A stretch of 64,000 bases of DNA, taken from the NCBI GenBank assembly GCA_963422685.1, contig OY730442.1, positions 88,460-152,459 on the forward strand, read 5' to 3'. Every line of letters begins with the position of its first letter. The stretch's first letter is position 1. The translations under genes and the position numbers were made by a program. This DNA is from Arenicellales bacterium (GTDB lineage Bacteria > Pseudomonadota > Gammaproteobacteria > Arenicellales > Poriferihabitantaceae). Below are positions 57,650-64,000 of the stretch, one piece after another. Under the pieces are notes generated by a model. The model did no database searches and was not told the origin of the DNA. It saw only the letters and a program-made list of their open reading frames with translations.

Positions 57650-57893
57650 TGTAAAGTTTCTCTTGTATTTGGAGATAATACGCCAATATCAGGGCGGCAG
57701 ATTATACTGATTTTCACAAAAACATCGTTATTTTTCCGATAGCTATGCTTGTGGATCGAGGAGTTGGGCTATAGAATACGCAACCCCGATTGCGGGGATA
57801 CGGTGTTGCGAGGTTTGGCATGGTTTTGCTGCGAATGGTTTCGTACAATAAGACTGACTTCTGCACAGGTAATAATTTATATTGAGGAATATC

Positions 57894-58163
57894 ATGGCCT
57901 TAACTGCCCGGGATAAAGCGGTTGTTGTCAAACAGCATCAGCGTCAAGCAGGAGACACGGGTTCTCCAGAAGTACAAATAGCGCTGATGACTGCGCGCAT
58001 TCGGGATCTTTCCGATCATTTCAAAACGCATATTCACGATCATCATTCCCGACAAGGGTTGTTACGATTGGTAAATCATCGCCGTAAGCTGCTGAATTAT
58101 CTGAAAAAATCCGATATTGAGCGCTATAGGGCGCTGATCAGCAAACTTGGCCTGCGCAAGTAG
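57894..58163 (+). CDS. rpsO: 30S ribosomal protein S15
   Basis: [36 protein letters not shown]... 89 aa, with a GAGGA Shine-Dalgarno upstream. Confidence 0.95.
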   Translation: MALTARDKAVVVKQHQRQAGDTGSPEVQIALMTARIRDLSDHFKTHIHDHHSRQGLLRLVNHRRKLLNYLKKSDIERYRALISKLGLRK

Positions 58164-58224
58164 GCCGCCCCCAAACAACACAGCGGCATTATTTGCACAG
58201 TGCTGCCTCAAGAGAACCCTAACA

Positions 58225-60312
58225 GTGACTAAAATAGTTAAAACATTTCAATACGGCCAGCACCAGGTGCGTCTGGAAACCGGCGCCACGGCAAGACAGG
58301 CGCATGGCGCAGTCGTTGCCAGCATGGGGGATACCGTGGTTCTGGTAACCGTGGTTGCCAGGAGAGAATACAAGGGGCACGATTTTTTTCCCCTGACCGT
58401 GGATTATGAAGAAAGAAGTTACGCCGCCGGCAAGATCCCGGGCGGTTTTTTTAAGCGTGAAGGCAGACCATCGGAAAGCGCTGTCCTGACTTGCCGATTA
58501 ATTGATCGACCTGTTCGTCCGCTGTTTACCAAAGGATTTATGAACGAGGTGCAGGTGATCGTCACCGTTTTATCCATTGACCCGGAAATCAGACCCGATA
58601 TTCTGGCATTAATCGGCGCCTCGGCAGCCATTGAAATCGCCGGCCTGCCATTTAATGGTCCGCTTGGCGCAGCCCGGGTTGGATTTATCGATGGCGAATA
58701 TGTACTGAACCCGAGCGCCAGTGTACTGCGCAAACAATCGGCACTGGATCTGGTCGTGGCTGGTACTGAAAACGCCGTACTCATGGTGGAATCAGAAGCC
58801 AAAGTGCTAAGCGAAGAGCAAATGCTCGGCGCGGTCATGTTTGGTCATGCACAAAGCAAGGCCGTGGTCCAGGCGGTTAAAGAACTCGGTCAGGAAGCAG
58901 GCAGGGAAAAATGGGACTGGCAGCCAGCAGAGCCGGACAAGTCTATTGGTACTTTGGTTGCCGAACGGGTGGGCGATGCAATTGCAAACGCCTACCAAAT
59001 CACAGATAAGGCACAACGCCAGGCGGCACTCGGTGAAATCAAGGATCGCATCATGTCAGAACTGTGTCCTGCAGATGCCGAAGTGGATAATTCTGCTGTG
59101 GTCAGTGCTGAATTCAAGTCGCTAGAGAAAAAATACGTGCGTGGCCGCATTATTGCAGGCCAGCCACGAATTGATGGCCGGGATAACAAAACAGTGCGGC
59201 CAATCAGCGTTGAAACAGGAATTTTACCAAGAGCGCACGGCTCGGCAAAATTTACCCGGGGGGAAACCCAGGCCATCGTTGCTGCAACACTGGGCACGGA
59301 GCGTGACTCACAGATTATTGATGCCCTGGAGGGTGATTACCGTGACAGCTTTATGCTGCATTACAATTTCCCGCCTTACTGCGTGGGCGAAACCGGTCGG
59401 GTGGGGACGCCCAAGCGCAGAGAAATTGGTCATGGCCGATTAGCCAAGCGGGGAATTCAAGCCATCATTCCGACCCAAGAAGAATTTCCTTATACCATCC
59501 GTGTGGTATCTGAAATTACTGAATCCAATGGTTCAAGCTCCATGGCCAGCGTGTGCGGAACCAGTCTGGCGCTGATGGATGCGGGTGTAACCACCAAGGC
59601 GCCAGTTGCGGGTGTGGCGATGGGCCTGATCAAAGAAGAGGATCAATTTGCCGTATTGACCGATATTCTTGGCGACGAGGATCACCTTGGCGATATGGAT
59701 TTCAAGGTGGCCGGCACCAGTGAGGGCATTACTGCATTGCAAATGGATATAAAAATTGATGGTATAACCGCCGAAATCATGTCACAGGCACTGGACCAGG
59801 CAAAGGCAGGGCGGTTGCATATTCTGGCAGAAATGAACAGAGTTTTATCTGCGCCCAGAGCAGAAATGTCTGAATTCGCACCAAGGATTGTGACTATCCG
59901 TATCAACCCGGAAAAAATACGCGACGTAATTGGTAAGGGCGGCGCGGTTATTCGGGCGCTGTCAGAAGAAACCGGCGTGAATATTGACATAGATGATGAC
60001 GGCACGATCAAGATCGCCTCTACCGATAATGCGGCGGCGCAGGAAGCGATACGCCGAATTGAACAAATTACCGCAGACGTGGAAGTGGATGCGGTTTACG
60101 CGGGGAAAGTCGTTCGATTGATGGACTTCGGCGCATTTGTAAACATACTTCCGGGCAGGGACGGCCTGGTGCATATTTCCCAAATATCCAATGAACGCGT
60201 CAATCGGGTGAGTGACGTGCTTAAAGAAGGCGACCAGGTTAAAGTGAAAGTACTGGAAGTTGATAAACAGGGGCGGGTTAGATTGAGTATGAGAGCGCTG
60301 GAACAGGCCTGA
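58225..60312 (+). CDS. pnp: polyribonucleotide nucleotidyltransferase (PNPase)
   Basis: [26 protein letters not shown]..., two RNase PH domains, then KH and S1 ([27 protein letters not shown]). GTG start at 58225. Confidence 0.95.
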   Translation: MTKIVKTFQYGQHQVRLETGATARQAHGAVVASMGDTVVLVTVVARREYKGHDFFPLTVDYEERSYAAGKIPGGFFKREGRPSESAVLTCRLIDRPVRPLFTKGFMNEVQVIVTVLSIDPEIRPDILALIGASAAIEIAGLPFNGPLGAARVGFIDGEYVLNPSASVLRKQSALDLVVAGTENAVLMVESEAKVLSEEQMLGAVMFGHAQSKAVVQAVKELGQEAGREKWDWQPAEPDKSIGTLVAERVGDAIANAYQITDKAQRQAALGEIKDRIMSELCPADAEVDNSAVVSAEFKSLEKKYVRGRIIAGQPRIDGRDNKTVRPISVETGILPRAHGSAKFTRGETQAIVAATLGTERDSQIIDALEGDYRDSFMLHYNFPPYCVGETGRVGTPKRREIGHGRLAKRGIQAIIPTQEEFPYTIRVVSEITESNGSSSMASVCGTSLALMDAGVTTKAPVAGVAMGLIKEEDQFAVLTDILGDEDHLGDMDFKVAGTSEGITALQMDIKIDGITAEIMSQALDQAKAGRLHILAEMNRVLSAPRAEMSEFAPRIVTIRINPEKIRDVIGKGGAVIRALSEETGVNIDIDDDGTIKIASTDNAAAQEAIRRIEQITADVEVDAVYAGKVVRLMDFGAFVNILPGRDGLVHISQISNERVNRVSDVLKEGDQVKVKVLEVDKQGRVRLSMRALEQA

Positions 60313-60421
60313 TATTCCAGGGGTGTTGGTTGCACCGGTATTATTTTATGCACGAATGCCTTGATTTAATGCGGGTTTGCTAATATAAACCAAAGGCAAT
60401 GAGAGTATATTAGTATACGAA

Positions 60422-61024
60422 ATGGTTGAAGAAGATCCACTTCACCTGGAGCCCGAACCGCTTGTCCTTATTGAAACAGCAGGTAAAATTCTGTCGTCGG
60501 CGAGAATCCACCATGATTTGTCTGTCCAGGACGTGGCCAAAACTTTGAATCTGAGTGTAAATACTATCAATGCGCTGGAGCAGGATGAGTATGAGCATCT
60601 GCCGGGTTATACATTTGCAAAAGGGTATATTCGCTCCTATGCAAATTTCCTGGGTCTGGACCCGGATGCCATAATCGCAACGGCCGACCTGGAACCCGAG
60701 GGATTGTCGCAGATTCCGACCTCCAGGGCGGCGCGCAAATTAAAAAGCAGGGCACAGGGGAAATCCAAAAAAGCCGGCGGTCTATTTTTCAAGACCTTGT
60801 TTACGATTGTGCTGTTGGCTGCCCTGGTGTTGTTTGGATTGAATCAGTTATCCAATTTGGATATGGATAAACTGGCGGTATTTCTCAAGTTACCCACTGC
60901 GGAAAAATCAGGGAATCTGACAGAAAACGGCAATGAAATCGTTTTCCCCAGGATTGGGAACTCCGCCGAAAATGCCGGGGGCGAATCAACCGGAAAAAAA
61001 GAAGCGTTGCTGCGCATTGAATAA
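60422..61024 (+). CDS. RodZ-like HTH (HTH_25) membrane protein, short form
   Basis: HTH LSVQDVAKTLNLSVNTINALE and FAKGYIRSYANFLGLD, then one TM (LFFKTLFTIVLLAALVLFGL). It lacks the usual C-terminal periplasmic domain. Confidence 0.6.
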   Translation: MVEEDPLHLEPEPLVLIETAGKILSSARIHHDLSVQDVAKTLNLSVNTINALEQDEYEHLPGYTFAKGYIRSYANFLGLDPDAIIATADLEPEGLSQIPTSRAARKLKSRAQGKSKKAGGLFFKTLFTIVLLAALVLFGLNQLSNLDMDKLAVFLKLPTAEKSGNLTENGNEIVFPRIGNSAENAGGESTGKKEALLRIE

Positions 61025-61029
61025 ACGCC

Positions 61030-61046
61030 ATCAAGGGACCCTTGAT
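61030..61046 (+). terminator. palindromic hairpin just after the RodZ-like gene
   Basis: ATCAAGGG-a-CCCTTGAT, followed by a moderately T-rich tract. Confidence 0.35.
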
Positions 61047-61153
61047 TAATCAGGGTTGTTGTTGCGTCAATGCCGGGAGACCGGCGCACAAAACCTTGTT
61101 ATATATCCTGCAACACGACGATTTGGGTACGCACAGGAACGCCGCATTAGCGC

Positions 61154-61705
61154 TCAGTCAACCTGCGTCAACCCGCGCTTGAGCAAGACATAAACCGCGC
61201 CTGTTCCCCCATCCTTTGAACTGGCCGAGCAGAATGCTTTAATTTCTGCTTTTTGTTTGAGCCAGTCTATCGTCAATGGCTTCAGTACGCCTGTGCGGTT
61301 TTCTGAGTGCCAGCCCTTGCCGTGAATGATCAATACACAGGATAGATTGTCTTGAATCGCTTCGGCAAGAAATTCGTCCAGGCATTTCTCCGCCTGATGC
61401 CTGCGCATTCCATGCAAATCCAAGACGGATTCATATGGGTAGCCGCCCCGTTTTAACCGTTTGATCACTTTATGTTGTAATCCGCTGCGAACGAATAAAA
61501 CCGATTCGCCTTGGTCGGTTATATCCACAGTGGGAGGGTCAACTGTACCGGCGGAGGCCGGGATTATGCGGGGATTTTCCCGGTGGTGGCTGATTGCCCG
61601 TTGTTGCCGATCATTACGATGAGTGCGATTGACACCCTCCATGGCACGCGCGAACAGCGCCGCATCATCCATATCTTCGTGGTCGCGCCGGTCTTTGTCG
61701 TTCAC
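61154..61705 (-). CDS. Smr-domain protein (SmrA/SmrB-like)
   Basis: LDLHGMRRHQAEKCLDEFL and IIHGKG Smr motifs. Confidence 0.8.
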   Translation of the reverse strand: MNDKDRRDHEDMDDAALFARAMEGVNRTHRNDRQQRAISHHRENPRIIPASAGTVDPPTVDITDQGESVLFVRSGLQHKVIKRLKRGGYPYESVLDLHGMRRHQAEKCLDEFLAEAIQDNLSCVLIIHGKGWHSENRTGVLKPLTIDWLKQKAEIKAFCSASSKDGGTGAVYVLLKRGLTQVD

Positions 61706-61718
61706 AATCCCGAAATAA

Positions 61719-62723
<1,005 letters not shown>

Positions 62724-62783
62724 TCACCGCGCTATCGTCACCTATACCAATAAATTGATTACATTGAGCATAAAAATCCCGGG

Positions 62784-63983
62784 TCAATGCGCTTCCGCCT
62801 GGCGGGATTGATAATAATCTATCAAAATTTGCGCCACTTCCGGCCGGGAAAATTCCGCCGGCGGCGCGATGCCCCGGGAAAGCATTTCACGCACCCGGGT
62901 TCCGGAAAGCAATACGAAGTCGTCCATTTCATGGTCAGGCGCTTCACGCATCATCACAACTTTATCCAGCTTTTTTGAGTACGCGGTATGGTCCGCATTG
63001 AAAATTTTGATAGCCAGTTCGCCTTTTGGCACTGCGTCCTCAAAGATAGTCTGGGCATCAAACGCGCCGTAATAATCCCCAACCCCGGCATGGTCGCGGC
63101 CAATAATGAAGTGTGTCGCGCCCATGTTTTGGCGAAAAATTGCATGCAATACCGCTTCCCTGGGGCCTGCGTACAGCATATCAAATCCATACCCGCTAAT
63201 CATTACCGTATTTTTCGGAAAATAGAGCTCCACCATTTTACGAATAGCCGCATCACGCACGTCTGCCGGAATATCCCCGGGCTTGAGTTTGCCCAGCAGC
63301 ATGTGGATGACACAGCCATCAGCGCCAGTTCTTTGCATTGCGATACGGCATAACTCTTCATGCGCGAGGTGCATCGGATTGCGGGTTTGAAACGCAACTA
63401 TCCGCTCCCAGCCGTTTTGCTCAATCGCCTGGCGAATCTCTACGGCGGTGCGAAAGGTGCGGCCAAATTCGGCTTTAAAATAACTGAAATTCAGCACCTG
63501 AATGCCGCCGGATAATAAAGTTCGGCCTTGATTTTTGAACTCTTTGACGCCAGGATGCTGCGAGTCCGTGGTGCGATACACTTGTGCGCAGATATAATCC
63601 ATATCCGGCTCTGACAGGGTTTCCATACCGCCTACCTCCATGATTCCCAACACTGGATTGCCCGCCCGGTTTGGATCTTTTAAGGCAACAGACTGGCCAA
63701 TATTAATGTGGTCGGCCGAGTCAACCAGGCACAATACCGGCGCGGGCCAAAACAAGCCGTCAGCGGTGCGCATGTGAGTGGCCACGCTTAGGGCATCCGC
63801 TTTATTCATATATCCGCATAACGGCGTGAAATATCCCGCACCGAGCATCACCGCATTGGCCGCCCCGGCGGAACTCAACAAAACCGAATCCAGAGTCAGC
63901 GCCTTTTGCGCGAGTGCCTGTCGCTTGTCCGCATCACTTACATACAGCGGCGCAAGCCGTTCTGCACCATGGGGTCGGATCAT
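62784..63983 (-). CDS. sat: sulfate adenylyltransferase (homo-oligomeric ATP sulfurylase type)
   Basis: QTRNPMHLAHEEL and GRDHAGVG motifs. 399 aa. Confidence 0.9.
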   Translation of the reverse strand: MIRPHGAERLAPLYVSDADKRQALAQKALTLDSVLLSSAGAANAVMLGAGYFTPLCGYMNKADALSVATHMRTADGLFWPAPVLCLVDSADHINIGQSVALKDPNRAGNPVLGIMEVGGMETLSEPDMDYICAQVYRTTDSQHPGVKEFKNQGRTLLSGGIQVLNFSYFKAEFGRTFRTAVEIRQAIEQNGWERIVAFQTRNPMHLAHEELCRIAMQRTGADGCVIHMLLGKLKPGDIPADVRDAAIRKMVELYFPKNTVMISGYGFDMLYAGPREAVLHAIFRQNMGATHFIIGRDHAGVGDYYGAFDAQTIFEDAVPKGELAIKIFNADHTAYSKKLDKVVMMREAPDHEMDDFVLLSGTRVREMLSRGIAPPAEFSRPEVAQILIDYYQSRQAEAH

Positions 63984-64000
63984 GACCAGGACTGTTCACG

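Overview
This 64 kb window looks like proteobacterial chromosome, with gammaproteobacterium-like content (asd, rpsO-pnp, trxB, lpxL, mltD). Spot GC counts on single 60-nt lines give 55% at 10021-10080. Most of it is ordinary, tightly packed metabolic and housekeeping operons. These are a metF-like gene, pyrF-lutABC, a rhodanese, mltD, class I fumarase, an SLC13 permease, lpxL, an EamA transporter, catalase and a glycerol/G3P module. That module comprises glpD, DUF2160, two permeases, two ATPases, a DeoR regulator and a 579-aa binding protein. There is also a leucine-catabolic liu cluster, a sulfur assimilation block (cysI-DUF934-sulfhydrylase, sat), an RND efflux pair, asd, rpsO-pnp, smr and trxB. 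Two accessory patches stand out. (i) An AT-rich stretch at about 1.4-8.9 kb (35% GC on line 3661-3720) is a restriction-modification 'graveyard'. It holds a C5-methyltransferase gutted by an internal deletion, an HNH nuclease, a nonsense-bearing small ORF and an EcoRII-like catalytic-domain-only nuclease. It also holds an unknown gene fragment, an IS3 transposase remnant and one intact-looking type II R-M pair. (ii) A GC-rich block at about 41.74-46.14 kb (72% GC on line 43021-43080) consists only of broken plasmid/ICE-type genes. These are a TraA-like relaxase C-terminal fragment and a frameshifted HelD-like helicase with topoisomerase-type zinc ribbons. The block replaces the 3' ends of two convergent native genes. 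Smaller signals are listed under findings: a 40-bp inverted copy of binding-protein coding sequence, an about 77-bp mltD paralog fragment, a perfect 20-bp palindrome upstream of liuA and a 3x10-bp tandem repeat upstream of the DeoR gene. I found no CRISPR array, tRNA or rRNA. I also found no complete, clearly novel multi-gene system. The best leads are the orphan EcoRII-C/HNH/dead-dcm locus and the GC-rich mosaic, and both need database searches and read-level checks that I cannot run here.
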